This document shows, one piece after another, positions 41,148-51,646 of a stretch of 64,000 nucleotides of DNA. A program made the translations under genes and the position numbers. The stretch is from assembly GCA_965219095.1 (NCBI GenBank), contig CBDCMT010000001.1, positions 672,001 through 736,000 on the forward strand. The letters are read 5' to 3'. Each line of letters opens with the position of its first letter. The stretch's first letter is position 1. The notes beneath the pieces were generated by a model that was not told where the DNA came from, searched no databases, and worked only from the letters and a program-made list of their open reading frames with translations. This stretch comes from Bdellovibrionales bacterium (GTDB lineage Bacteria; Bdellovibrionota; Bdellovibrionia; Bdellovibrionales; UBA1609).

Positions 41148-42097
41148 GGGCGTGTCCTCATTTGACTGGACCTTTACTTTGAAGTTTAAGCCAAATAAAC
41201 ATACATGCTATAGATAGCATAGCTTTGAAATTTCTAGCAAGCTTTTCAAATCGAGTAGCAATACCTCTAAAATGCTTAAGACGAGCAAAAAGGTTTTCTA
41301 TCTTATGTCGAGATTTATAGATATGACGATCAAAATCTTTATTTTTCTTTTTGTTTTCTATTTTTTCGTCTCGGTATCACAGGCTTTACCTTCTTATACC
41401 AATTACAGAAATTAATTCGACATTTTCATGTTCAAATTTAAAATTTTAAAATTGAACATGAAAATGTCGAATTAATTTCTGTAATTGGTATAAGTAGCCA
41501 GAAAATCATACCCTTGAATCTGTGTAACTAAATCTTTTTTCGACATGACTCTAAAAATTTAACAGAGTTTTATCAAAAAGCCAGGACGCAATGCGTTAAA
41601 AGAATGTCGAATTAATTTTTGGAAATGGTATTACTACGAGCCTTATCTCGTATCTCATCCGAGTCATAGGCCTTGTCAGCAATCAAATACTCACTATGAA
41701 ACTCATCATTAAATCACCTGCAACTTGACTGTCGTGTACTTCACCCCCAGTGATTTTAAAACAGAATGGATTTCCATGCACATCGGACCATAACCCTTTT
41801 TGTGCCCACCTATTAAAGCGATTATATGCTGTCTTCCAAGGACAGAACTGTTCAGGAATATTACGCCACGGACTGCCTGTGCGTAATTTCCATAAAATTG
41901 CTTCCATAACATTTCTATTGTTTGCTGAATGATAACAGCCTTTCTCTCTTATAATAGCTTCCAGATCCTTCCACATAGAATCTGTTAAAACTTTTCTTAA
42001 CATAACACCTCCCTTTGTTATGAGCTTTTTACAATCTTCATAGATATTCAACACGCCTAAGGGCTTGAAAAAGGTCTAGGAAAATGAGGACACGCCC
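41148..42097 (-). mobile_element. IS5-family (IS427-like) element, internally deleted and interrupted
   Basis: IRs gggcgtgtcctcattt; TA duplication; LWKLRTGSPWRNIP; RHKIENLFARLKHFRGIATR. Confidence 0.88.
41397..41630 (-). mobile_element. IS630-derived mini-element containing a 94-bp fold-back palindrome (41397..41490)
   Basis: Ends match 60224 and 61631; TTA duplication; removal restores the IS5 frame DKARSKKVKPVIP. Confidence 0.88.
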
Positions 42098-42135
42098 TAG
42101 AAAAGGAGGGATTTTACGTTATGAAAAAACTAATA

Positions 42136-43062
42136 ACCCGAGTTTCGACTTTTTTCAGGGCTAAAGGCTAGCTAATATAAACAAATACCTCAGACTTTTG
42201 TAAGATTTTCTTGAAAAAGCAACTTACAAGAAAAAACACCTTGAGAGTTGCAAAAAACATACAAGGAGGTCTAAGATGTTTAATTCTAATTCTAATTCTA
42301 ATTCTATCATATCAATTTATGTTCTTGTCGATGATTTTTTAACCCCTCTCATACAGCAGCATCCAGAACTGGTTCCCAAAAATAAAGGAGGTTTTTCTTG
42401 TGCTATGTCTCCCAGCAAAATTGTCACTCTTTATCTTACTTTTCCAAAGTTCTGGCTTTAGGAATTTTAAAGCCTTTTACCAGTTTGCAAAAGTCTATCT
42501 TAAATCTTATTTTCCTAAAATGTTGTCTTTCTACTTCAGGCTTTAGAAAACGCTTCCAAGAGCTTATCACTTGGAAATTTCTCAGTCCTAGCTTCTCTGA
42601 GGCTTCCTTTGCACCTATTTCCTCTGCTAATTCAATGGCTTGCTTTTTAAACTCTTCCGAGTACTGTTTTACTTTTTCCATTCTTTCTTTTACCTCCATT
42701 TTACGGAGACTTTAAGAGAAAATTGACTGTCCGCAGAAACAGGGGAAGTTCAGACCCTTTTCAAAAAGCTTTTAAAGAAGGGAGTTAAGCTTATTACAAA
42801 CGTTAAATTAAATATGGAGAACAAATTGATTCCCTTATTTGACAAGTTGATGTTGAAAAAACGTTCTGTTGTGGAAACAGTGATTGGAGTGTTAAAAGGA
42901 GAGTTTCATCTTGAGCATTCTCGCCATCGTAGCCCACAAAACTTTGTCATCAATCTTTTAGGTACTCTCATCTCCTATTGCTTAAAACCTAAAAAACCCT
43001 CCATTCAACTTAAAACTCAAAACAGGAGCTTCTGAACAATATATAAAAGTCGAAACTCGGGT
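42136..43062 (+). mobile_element. IS982-family element, disrupted by an IS3 left-end fragment (about 42525..42752)
   Basis: IRs acccgagtttcgactttt; taata duplication; IYVLVDDF and KRSVVETVIGVLK...EHSRHRS. Confidence 0.88.
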
Positions 43063-43335
43063 TAATACTAACATTTTTATTTTTGATGTCTTTAGGAGGA
43101 CTTTCTTATGGAGACGTCGCAAAAAAAGGCTGGTCATCCATATTTTCTTTTTCATAGACGCATAATAGGAATATGTTTGTTTTACAATGTGTAAAGGAAG
43201 AGTCATTAAAAATGGAAAGGAAATGCAGGAAGGTTTCTCTTAGGTGATTAGAATATTCGTGACCGTATGCAAAAAAAATTTTTTATATTTTTTGTAAATG
43301 GAGAAGTGTTTTTTCTTGACATACTTTTTGATAGA

Positions 43336-43580
43336 CATTTTTATGTTCAAATTTAAAATTTTAAAATTGATTTAAGGAAAAGCTCCAGTTAGGAGATTTT
43401 AAAAAAACTTCTTTTGAGGTGAGGTTGAATTTTCATAAGATATGTTTATTTCAAGTATATCTATTTGTTGTGCGAATCGATTGATGGGTTAAAATAAGTG
43501 AAAAAAAGTGAGGGTAAAATTTAAAATGAAAAAAATCAGTTACACAATTTAATTTATAGGTTCAAATTAATTTACAAGCT
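43336..43580 (-). mobile_element. IS630 3' non-coding remnant
   Basis: Matches 60248..60491. Confidence 0.75.
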
Positions 43581-43667
43581 CAAAATTAGAATTTTTATTT
43601 TCATTTCTTATTGTTATTGCAAGATTGTGGGCTGTCTCACTTTATTGCAAGACAACCTAGTTATTTG

Positions 43668-44264
43668 TTAGTTAGATAAAACTGATGTCATTTTTCGAAA
43701 GTCACATGCACTCATAGGCCCTTGATGCCTAAAGAGTACAACATTTCTTCTGTTGTCTAAAATGTAGACTGTGGGAGTAGAAGAAACATTGTAAGCCTTT
43801 TTTGCATCTCTTTGGCTATCTAAGAAAACAGTAGCCCCTAAAGAACTAAGCTCTCCGCTCTTATTATGTGCATACCGTATCAACTCACTTTGGCTACGAT
43901 CAATTCCAATGTAGTTAATTTGTGTATTGTTTAAAAGCTGAGAATGATCTGAAAAGTACTGAAGAAACTCCTTATGGAGTCTAGTACAATCAGTACAGTG
44001 AACAGAGAAAAACTTAAGAATGGTGTACTTTTGACTTTCCATTAAAGGCTCTCTAATGCACCTTTCGTTTGTCGCTCCCGAAGCTTCAATTCCTGTTAGA
44101 ACAACACAAGGAGCATGACCGCCCTCCTGTATTTGCAAATTAACTTGATCTAGTTGATGGCTCATCGCTTGTGCGTTATAAGCTTGAAAGCTGACAGAAA
44201 AAGCCACTACAAGCAACATTGACAAGTACGATAAAATGTTTTTTGTTTTTGTTTTTGTTTTCAT
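43668..44264 (-). CDS. Secreted thioredoxin-fold protein, paralogue of 39699..40289
   Basis: FFSVHCTDC, SSTPT; aggagg RBS before MKTKTK. Confidence 0.85.
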   Translation of the reverse strand: MKTKTKTKNILSYLSMLLVVAFSVSFQAYNAQAMSHQLDQVNLQIQEGGHAPCVVLTGIEASGATNERCIREPLMESQKYTILKFFSVHCTDCTRLHKEFLQYFSDHSQLLNNTQINYIGIDRSQSELIRYAHNKSGELSSLGATVFLDSQRDAKKAYNVSSTPTVYILDNRRNVVLFRHQGPMSACDFRKMTSVLSN

Positions 44265-44324
44265 ATATACCTCCTTGTTCTTCAACATACATAATGAATC
44301 TATTTTTGATCAAGAATAATTTGT

Positions 44325-44341
44325 CTTAACATAGAATTAAG
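44325..44341. promoter_or_regulatory. Candidate LysR box cttaacatagaattaag
   Basis: Equivalent position and sequence to 40354..40370. Confidence 0.5.
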
Positions 44342-44476
44342 AAAATCTAACTATAGCTATTCAGCACAGCAAAAGATGATTCGTTTTTCAAAAGAAAATA
44401 AAAAGCTTTTGATCCTGAGAACAAACAAGGAGGGTAAGAGAGGAGGGCTGTTATTGACATTTGCGTTATTTAAATT

Positions 44477-44785
44477 TCATAGCTTGATTGAATAGACCCT
44501 TAAGTTCTGTTCCTTAGAAAATAAGTCCCTTTCTTCAGAAAAAACGATTCTCACTTTTACAAGAGATGACCACTGTTCGGAAAATAAACTAACGGTAAGA
44601 TTTAAATACCCCATATAACTTTCATAATTTTTACAAGTTTCTTCTGTCTTTTTAGCTGTATTATCTACAGAACAAATTTTTTGTATTTCTGTTAAACTCT
44701 GTTCATAATTGTAAATCTCAAGATAAGAGCCATGCTGTTTTGTGATAACATTTACATTTTTCTTTTTTAATCTTGAATGCAAAAG
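44477..44785 (-). pseudogene. 3' fragment of a hypothetical gene truncated by an IS903-like end
   Basis: The ORF start lies inside the IS terminal repeat. Confidence 0.45.
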
Positions 44786-44985
44786 AGCGTTGTTGTACAC
44801 AAGTGTTTTAGATCAAGTTGTTTCCACTTGAAGTGACATCATTTCTATTAAGTTTGGAGTCTGATAGCTGAAGGGGTCTTCATGTGATTAAGAATCCTGC
44901 ATTTTATGAAGGCTTCATTAGCTTGATTCATAAAATTTCTTGAATTAAGTTTTGATTCCAGAAATTGTTTGATAGGAATCATTCA
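44786..44985 (-). mobile_element. IS5-family (IS903-like) 3' remnant
   Basis: SKLNSRNFMNQANEAFIKCRILNHM; terminal gcgttgttgtacacaag. Confidence 0.65.
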
Positions 44986-45246
44986 CAAAAACTTCTCTAT
45001 ATTTTTGTAATGGAGAAGGTCTTAGGAAAACGTACAATAAAATCAATAAAAACTTCTCCTTTAAAATCTAAGAAACATTCTCCTCGTAGAAATCAAGGGC
45101 TGTTAAAAAACAGACTTATTCTTAAAATACTTATTTAAAAAAATAAAGGAGGGAAGAGATATTTTTAAAGACTATCATAAATAACTGATTGCATTTCAAC
45201 AGCAAAGGCAGATCAGATTTTAAGTAATTATAACCACTTACAGAAA

Positions 45247-45622
45247 ATGAAAGAATCTATCCCTAAAGTTATTAGTTCAACTGATCATTTCGAATCTCAT
45301 TCTATAGAAGAATTCAAAAGAAAATTTAAACCAGGAACTCAAGTTTTTATCAAGTCTTTAAATCACATAGGGATTGTGCAAAGTATGGTCAATAAAAAAG
45401 GAGAACTTGAAGTTCTTTTCAGTCGTTAAGGTTTTCAGTACCTTTAGATGGAACTCAAAATGACACCCCCTCCTATGATAAAATAAGTTCTTTTCAAAAA
45501 AGGAACTTTGTAGAAAGTTCTGTTACTGCAAACAATGTGTTAGATGTGAGAGGCTTATCTGTAGAAAATGCTACTGAAATGTTAGAGAAAAAAATTGATG
45601 AAGCCCTTTTAAAAGAAATGGA
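45247..45622 (+). pseudogene. mutS2: MutS2 C-terminal remnant (KOW-like domain plus start of Smr domain)
   Basis: FKPGTQVFIKSLNHIGIV and, after a frameshift, LDVRGLSVENATEMLEKKIDEALL; cut by IS66. Confidence 0.7.
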
Positions 45623-46870
45623 GTAACTGCTCACCTACATTGTTCAGTTATCCCTAACTTTAGAGCTGTTTTAAGATAAAAGTCTTGCTCTTACAGATTT
45701 TCTTTTAAATACTTTTTTCAAATGACAATAAATAAGACCTCCATCAGAAATGAGATTGAAAATATAAGAAGTGACTTTGATAAGCTTGCAAAGAAAGGTT
45801 CTGTGCCTACTGAGATTTCTGTGATTGTTGAATCTCTCTTTAAGGTTGTGAACATTCTGATTGTTGTGCTTTTAGAAAAACAGGTTCGAAAAAATTCCAG
45901 CAACAGCGGTCTTCCTCCTTCGCAAGATTTTAATCGTCAAGGGAATCGTAATAAGAAGGCTAGGGAGAGTCAAAAAAAGGGCTCTAGGCTTATCAGTAAA
46001 GATACAAAACAGCGAGGAGACTGTCTTTTCCTCAGAGTGTTCTCAGTGTGGGATGTGTTTAAAGACAGCAGAGGTAAAAAGCCTTGAAAAGCGTAAAAAG
46101 ATTGATATTTTTTATGAAATTCAGACCCATACTGTAACTTCTGAAGTTAAGGATTGTCCCTCATGTGGAGCTAGAAATAAAGGTCAATTCCCTAAAGGTA
46201 TGAGTGGTCCTCTTCAGTATGGTGTAGGCATTAGAGCTTCCATCATCAATTTCATTATAGTTCAGATGCTGTCTTTTAGAGCGTGTTGGGGAACATTACA
46301 TGGGGCTTATAGGTCGAATGATTTCTCCTGCAGTTATGTTGAGATACATTGCTGAATTAGGAGAGTTTCTTAAAAGTTGGGAAGAGCAGATGAAAGAAAA
46401 GATACTTGAATCAGAGGTCATTCATGTTGATGAGACCTCTATGAGGGTTAAGGGTAAAAACTACTGGATTCATACTTATAGTTCAGGAGAATTAGTCTTG
46501 CAGTTTCTCCACCTTTCAGGTGGAAGGGAAGCCATAAAAGATATTGGTCTCTTGGATAGATATGGAGGAGTGCTTGTGCATGATTGTTGGAGTCCTTACT
46601 TTTGTTATGATAAGATAACTCATGCTTTGTGTGTGGCTCACCTTTTGAGAGAGCTTAAATTTATAGAAGAAAGCAATGGATTCAAATGGGCTACAAATCT
46701 CAAAAAACTTCTTAAAGAGACTGTGGAGTTAGTTCATAAAAAAGAGTCAAGAGTTCTGACTCAAAAAGAGTACGAAACTCTTCAGAGAAGGTATAGGAGT
46801 ATTCTTACAAAAGGCTTAAAAGAGCTTCCAGAATTTCCTAAGAAAAATGGCAAGAAAGGACGAATAAAAG
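45623..46870 (+). mobile_element. Second IS66 copy, frameshifted and 3'-truncated
   Basis: Same left IR and sequence as the 10463 copy; lacks the IS3 insertion. Confidence 0.9.
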
Positions 46871-46899
46871 TGTAATAGACGTTATATGATCTGACAGTT

Positions 46900-47258
46900 A
46901 CCCTTTATGCGATCATCAAACTTTGGAGGTTTTCCAGGACGAGGATCATCTTCAAGAGCTTTTTTCAGCCCAGAATTCTCATAGTTTTTTTGGATGTTGA
47001 AAACAGTTCTAGGAGTTATCTCTAAGTAATCTGCTGTCTCTATGGCAGTTAAATTTTTGTTCCTTAAGTTTAGAACATTGGCTCGATATATGGCTCTTGG
47101 ATTTTTAGACTTCTTTATAATTTTAAGAATTTCTCTCTTATCTTTTGGCTTTAATAAATTTAACATATGAGTATTAAAACATAATAAAAAAAAATTAAAT
47201 AAAATGACCTGGATTAAAGGCTTGAAAATTGTGAAAAAAATTACTGGTCAGAACACTA
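46900..47258 (-). mobile_element. IS630-like 5' remnant (HTH; ORF 46882..47166)
   Basis: RANVL...ETADYLEITPRTV...DDPRPGKPPKF; end tagtgttctgaccag. Confidence 0.75.
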
Positions 47259-48067
47259 GAAGTAAAAATCAGAGTGCCCAGGACATTTTAATTGAAGAGT
47301 TAGGCAACCTTAGTGAAAAGAAATCTCAGGTAGAAGAAGAGATCAAAAAGCTCAAAAGGGAAAAGTCTCAATTCAAAGACAACATCATTTCAGCAGAGAA
47401 TATCTTTTCAGCACTCAAGGTTGTAAATAAGACTCTGCCCAAAATCACTCCCAGACAGCAAAAAGAGCTTCTCTCAGAGATCATCAAGAAGGTTGTGGTC
47501 TATAAACATGGCTTAGGCGTGGAGTATTTTGGGGCCAAAAAGTCTAAAATAGGAAATTGGGTTCAAGCGGTCAAAAATCCGCACAGTGTTTGTGTTGGTC
47601 GAGAAACCAGTAAATTGTGCGAGTTTCCCTATCTGTTTGATTTTCTTAGTCTTTTTCCAATTCCATACAGAGCAGAAAACCATAATTTCAGCGAGCTTTA
47701 TAAAAAACATCAATTATCCCTAAAACAAATAGCGGAAAAAACAGGAGTTAGCAAAAGCACTGTTTTGAAAAAACTTAAGAAAGAAAATGTAAGCAGAAGA
47801 GCACAAGAAGATGCCCAGACAAACCCTAAGAATTACCGTTCTCCTAATCCACCTTTTGGTTTTAGAGTTATTGAAGGGAGACTAGTGCAAAATAGAGCAG
47901 AAATTCACATTTGCAGGAAAATTATCCACATGAAAAATGATGGCCTATCTTTTAGTGCTATCAGTACCCAGCTAACAAAAGAAGGCATTAAAAACAGGAA
48001 AAAAACAACCTACTGGTGTCACAAGCATTTAAAAAGAATTTATAATTACTGGAAAGATAAACTATAA
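47259..48067 (+). pseudogene. Large serine recombinase C-terminal remnant, in frame with an HTH and a Recombinase-like domain
   Basis: Coiled coil and QQKELLSEIIKKVVV; LSLKQIAEKTGVSKSTV; PPFGFRVIEGRLV...GLSFSAISTQLTKEGIKNRK...W; 5' end replaced by IS sequence. Confidence 0.7.
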
Positions 48068-48089
48068 TCAAAAACAAGGGGGTAAGACT

Positions 48090-48272
48090 ATGTTTTCTAT
48101 ATTTTCCATTCCAAAAATCGTAGGAGCTATTGTAAGCTTCTTTCTGATTTGTTCTTTAGTGGGGAAACCTGAAATTCCTATGAAGATGATTTTGAAGCTT
48201 CAAGCGGAGACTTTTAAAGTTATTGATCAGGATTGGGGGAATCCTGCTGTGTTTAATACTATAGATCATTAA
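48090..48272 (+). CDS. Small hypothetical membrane protein
   Basis: aaggggg RBS; hydrophobic N-terminus. Confidence 0.55.
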   Translation: MFSIFSIPKIVGAIVSFFLICSLVGKPEIPMKMILKLQAETFKVIDQDWGNPAVFNTIDH

Positions 48273-48284
48273 ATCTTCTCTCAA

Positions 48285-48683
48285 CTACTGTCTAGTGATT
48301 TTTTTAAAAATTTTTTGCCACCATGATATTCTTTTTATCTTTCTCTGTATGTCCGTTTCTTTTTCATGTCTATCTCTAAGCCTACCTATATATATTTCTT
48401 CTTCGGACCATTTTTTGCACCATTTAGTTTTACTCTCCAATATCATATAATGACTTTTACAAGGAAGTCTCCAGTTTCCTATTGATGGTAGTACACTTAT
48501 AGTATCTCCATCATATTCAACTCTCCACTCACTTCGACCTAATGGAAGGCTTACTTCAGACCCACAACCGCATGCACACATATGTTCAATGAGTCTATGT
48601 TTTGTAGATATATACAAATCTCCTTCATTCATTTTTTCAGGCATATTTTCTATCCATATAGTTCGCCAAATAGTAGTTTTCAT
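48285..48683 (-). CDS. DUF6527-family protein of Bub-type ubiquitin-like operons
   Basis: HMCACGCG...PSIGNWRLPCKSHY. Confidence 0.85.
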   Translation of the reverse strand: MKTTIWRTIWIENMPEKMNEGDLYISTKHRLIEHMCACGCGSEVSLPLGRSEWRVEYDGDTISVLPSIGNWRLPCKSHYMILESKTKWCKKWSEEEIYIGRLRDRHEKETDIQRKIKRISWWQKIFKKITRQ

Positions 48684-48745
48684 TTTTTTCTCAATCAGTA
48701 TTAATTAATGTTTTATCTAATGCTTTTCCTTACAAATTGCTTTAA

Positions 48746-49963
48746 CTATTTACCCATCAGTATTGTTCCTGAAGGCGTGGCATAATTTAGTAAGTTGTGG
48801 TCGCTATCTCTATCACTTCTATAAATTCCTTTTTTTATCTTCCACTCTATAATGGCCAATGCTGCCCCTAACATATTTAGTTCCGCTGTTTGAATATTGC
48901 TTCTATAAATATCAATGATTGGTTGTTGATTATTTTGTACAATATTCGTTGAATTTCTTGAATTATTCACTTGATATTCTTTCTCTATTTTTACCATACC
49001 TACAAGTTGACTATCATTCTCTCCTTCCTTTTCAACTCCGATGCCAACACTCAAATGAAACACTCCTAATTCATTACATTTTCTTTGAATTTCTCTTCGG
49101 CTATTTAGATTATCTACGGCAATAAATACTGTGTTATAGTTTTTTAAAGTATCTAAATTTTTGTTATCAATTTTATTCTTGTGTGTGTGTAAACCCTTTG
49201 CTCTAATGTTTTTATAAGACTTCTCATGCCAATCGACCTTTGCCATGCCAAACTCGTTCTTATGTACGGCCCCTGCTAGTCTAAATGCACTATCAGTTTC
49301 TATAGTGTCATGATCATATAAATGTAACTCTTTGATATTTGTTTTTACAAGTACATCAACTAAATAAGACCCTGTACCTCCTACTCCTATAACTGCTACT
49401 ATTTCATCAGAAATTTTATCTTCTATTCCTTTTGTACCATTACGGTATTGGCTAGAATTAATATATACAAATCTTTCATCTGAATTATCTTTATTTACTT
49501 CTCCATTTTTTGATCGCTCTAAAACTCCTGGAGTTTTACTTTCAGCATGAAAGCTAACTTCCTTTATATATGTTGTTATCTGCTCATAATAATCGTTATA
49601 CGCTCTTTTCTGTCCATCTTGTTTTATCATTCTTGACCACTGCATATATACGACAATATCCTCTCCAAGGTTATGTCCATTGGTCCATTCTGCACAGCAA
49701 AGATCGTCTTTCATACTTTTTCCTTCAGAGTTATAGGGTATTTCTCCAGTCCACCATACAGTATGTTCTGTTGGTTGCTGTGTTTCCTGCCTTTGAGAGT
49801 CAATATTTAGACTGGTTACTATATCAGCATACTTAATTTCGTTTTGAGATAAATAAGGAACATTCTTTATAATTAAATAGCCACCTCTTATTTCTATATT
49901 ATACTTTTCACTTATTAACTTAGAGAGATCTTTACTATGATTTATCAGTGAGTATGACATCAA
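48746..49963 (-). CDS. DUF6791-like N-terminal domain fused to a ThiF/E1 adenylation domain
   Basis: IKNVPY, YNDYYEQITTY; VAVIGVGGTGS, LYDHD, FIAVD, YRSNIQTAELN. Confidence 0.88.
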   Translation of the reverse strand: MMSYSLINHSKDLSKLISEKYNIEIRGGYLIIKNVPYLSQNEIKYADIVTSLNIDSQRQETQQPTEHTVWWTGEIPYNSEGKSMKDDLCCAEWTNGHNLGEDIVVYMQWSRMIKQDGQKRAYNDYYEQITTYIKEVSFHAESKTPGVLERSKNGEVNKDNSDERFVYINSSQYRNGTKGIEDKISDEIVAVIGVGGTGSYLVDVLVKTNIKELHLYDHDTIETDSAFRLAGAVHKNEFGMAKVDWHEKSYKNIRAKGLHTHKNKIDNKNLDTLKNYNTVFIAVDNLNSRREIQRKCNELGVFHLSVGIGVEKEGENDSQLVGMVKIEKEYQVNNSRNSTNIVQNNQQPIIDIYRSNIQTAELNMLGAALAIIEWKIKKGIYRSDRDSDHNLLNYATPSGTILMGK

Positions 49964-50180
49964 ATTTCATTTCATTCACAATTGGTGTTGTTTCTCCTTC
50001 CTTAAGAATTCCTTCCGGTCTATCTTTTGGCCCATCTTTCCATCTAACATCATATTCATAATCTGGCCCTTGTTTCCCATCAGGATAAGCACGATTTACT
50101 ACTTCAGCAAAACTTATTTTGTCATCTGATATTTTATATTCTCTACCCCTAATATAAATTAAAATTCCTGCTTCACTCAT
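49935..50180 (-). CDS. Ubiquitin-like (Multi_ubiq-type beta-grasp) protein
   Basis: IYIRGREY...ISFAEVV...EGIL...MKFDVILTDKS; ggagg RBS before MSEAG; overlaps the E1 gene. Confidence 0.85.
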   Translation of the reverse strand: MSEAGILIYIRGREYKISDDKISFAEVVNRAYPDGKQGPDYEYDVRWKDGPKDRPEGILKEGETTPIVNEMKFDVILTDKS

Positions 50181-50215
50181 TTTGACCTCCATTAAATTTA
50201 TAAATATTTATTAAA

Positions 50216-50742
50216 TTAATTTCCACCCTCTCCACCAACAACATTGCTTCTTCCATCTGACACTAGTTTAAAAGGCCTAAAAAAGTCAAGCAAGCTATTT
50301 TGTTCATAAACCTCTAAGATATCGCTTTCTGTAAGATTGAGATGAGTATATTTCTTGCCAAGCTCACTTAATAAAAAATCCACATTAAAAAAATCTTCAT
50401 TTTCTCTAACAAGCCTTGTTATTTCAGCTCTTAGATGAAATATCATAAGCTCACTATCACCCTCAAAGCCATAATCCTCAGAACCATCAGAAAGGGAATA
50501 AATTCCATAGTCACTCTTATCTTTCTCGTCCTTACTTTTAGGAGGGTTTGTGCCACCTTCTCCTCCAAGGATAATAGGCCCCTCACAAGGATTTCTTTAT
50601 CAATTGAAGGAAAACAATTACTTTCTACTTCTGAACCTTCATAGATTTTAATTTCTGCACTTTCATTTAGCTCATTATTTACAAAGCCCAAAGCAACTTG
50701 AGTGAAGATAAGAGTTAATGTTGCAAATAGTATTTTTTTCAT
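50216..50742 (-). pseudogene. Secreted protein (about 175 aa) with two GGEGG motifs; single-base frameshift near 50597
   Basis: One added A joins ...CFPSIDK to RNPCEGPIILGGEGGTNPP...SELMIFHLRAE...NVVGGEGGN; signal peptide; aaggag RBS. Confidence 0.75.
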
Positions 50743-50834
50743 TTTAATTCTCCTTTGTTATTTTTTGGTTGTGATAAAGTATCTGCTGTTATTGTGACAA
50801 ATGTTGGCTCTCCATCTAAATCCTCTTCCTTATA
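50739..50834 (-). pseudogene. C-terminal remnant of a paralogue of regulator 52677..53525
   Basis: YKEEDLDGEPTFVTITADTLSQPKNNKGELK* aligns with YSEEDENGEHSFFILGSDTLTQPEISTGEEQ*; ATGA overlap with the next gene. Confidence 0.8.
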
Positions 50835-50835
50835 A

Positions 50836-51498
50836 CCTGAAATCTGTTAATTTTGGTACTAGGTTTTTATTCGGCCCTCGTAATGCTTCGCATTAGTCGG
50901 AGGGGATTTTACAACTTAAAGCTGTGTGGGATTTCTTGAGTCACATTAAAAGCTTTATAAAGGCTCTTTTGCTTACCGGATAACTCTCCTAATCTTGTTT
51001 GTCCTGTGGCCAATTTATAGAACTTTAATTTGTCTAAAATTTTATAGACCTCTGTTTTTGAAAATTTCTTGTACAGATTCTTTTCTTTCATCACATTGTT
51101 TATGTGAGAGATTAAAATTAAAGCTATAAAGTTAATAAATAAACTTCCTCTCATGGTTTGTAGCGAATGAGTCCTCGCTCGCTTTTCATTTATATCATGC
51201 TTGAAAGACAAAAAAATCTTTTCAATGCTATCTTTGTTTCTATACAACTCTAAGATCTCATCTTTTGAAAGCTTTTGATCGCAATCGGTAAGTAAAATCA
51301 ACACACCCATTTTTCGCATCTGCTTTTTAATATAATCCAAATCTCTCGAAATAAAAAAACCCCCCTTTTTCTTGACAACTGTAAAGCGCTTCTTGGCACT
51401 CTTTAAGGTTTCTGCTATGCACTCATCGCACTCTTTCTTTGTCCTAAATTTCTTCTTAGAAAATCTTCGCTCAAAACAATCCAACTTCTCTATCTTAG
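50836..51498 (-). mobile_element. IS1634-family 3' remnant (ORF 50909..51484)
   Basis: GVLILLTD, LYRNKDSIEKIF, RGSLFINFIALIL; cctga terminus. Confidence 0.8.
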
Positions 51499-51528
51499 GA
51501 AACTGAAAACCTAAACGGAAGCACTATA

Positions 51529-51599
51529 TAATGAATACGCTTAGATTTTCCGGTCGATTCTCTAGAGAAAAAACCCTGAAAACCTAAACGGAAGCACTA
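51529..51599. mobile_element. 71-bp MITE (TA duplication), preceded by a partial copy ending at 51526
   Basis: Near-identical to 33222..33291. Confidence 0.85.
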
Positions 51600-51646
51600 T
51601 ATACCATGAATCACCCTGAATCCTAACACCTAAGGATAATAAAGTG

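Noticed and set aside
42281..42308. taattc tandem repeat as a contingency locus
   Set aside because: In-frame expansion inside a dead IS982 transposase
47204..47258. ATG 47204 as the recombinase start
   Set aside because: It lies within the IS630-like terminal sequence; the catalytic domain is missing
50443..50596. C-terminal half of the 99-aa ORF (EILVRGLL...VIVSL) as real protein
   Set aside because: The alternative frame joins seamlessly to 50216..50446 and contains the GGEGG motif, so one frameshifted gene is more likely
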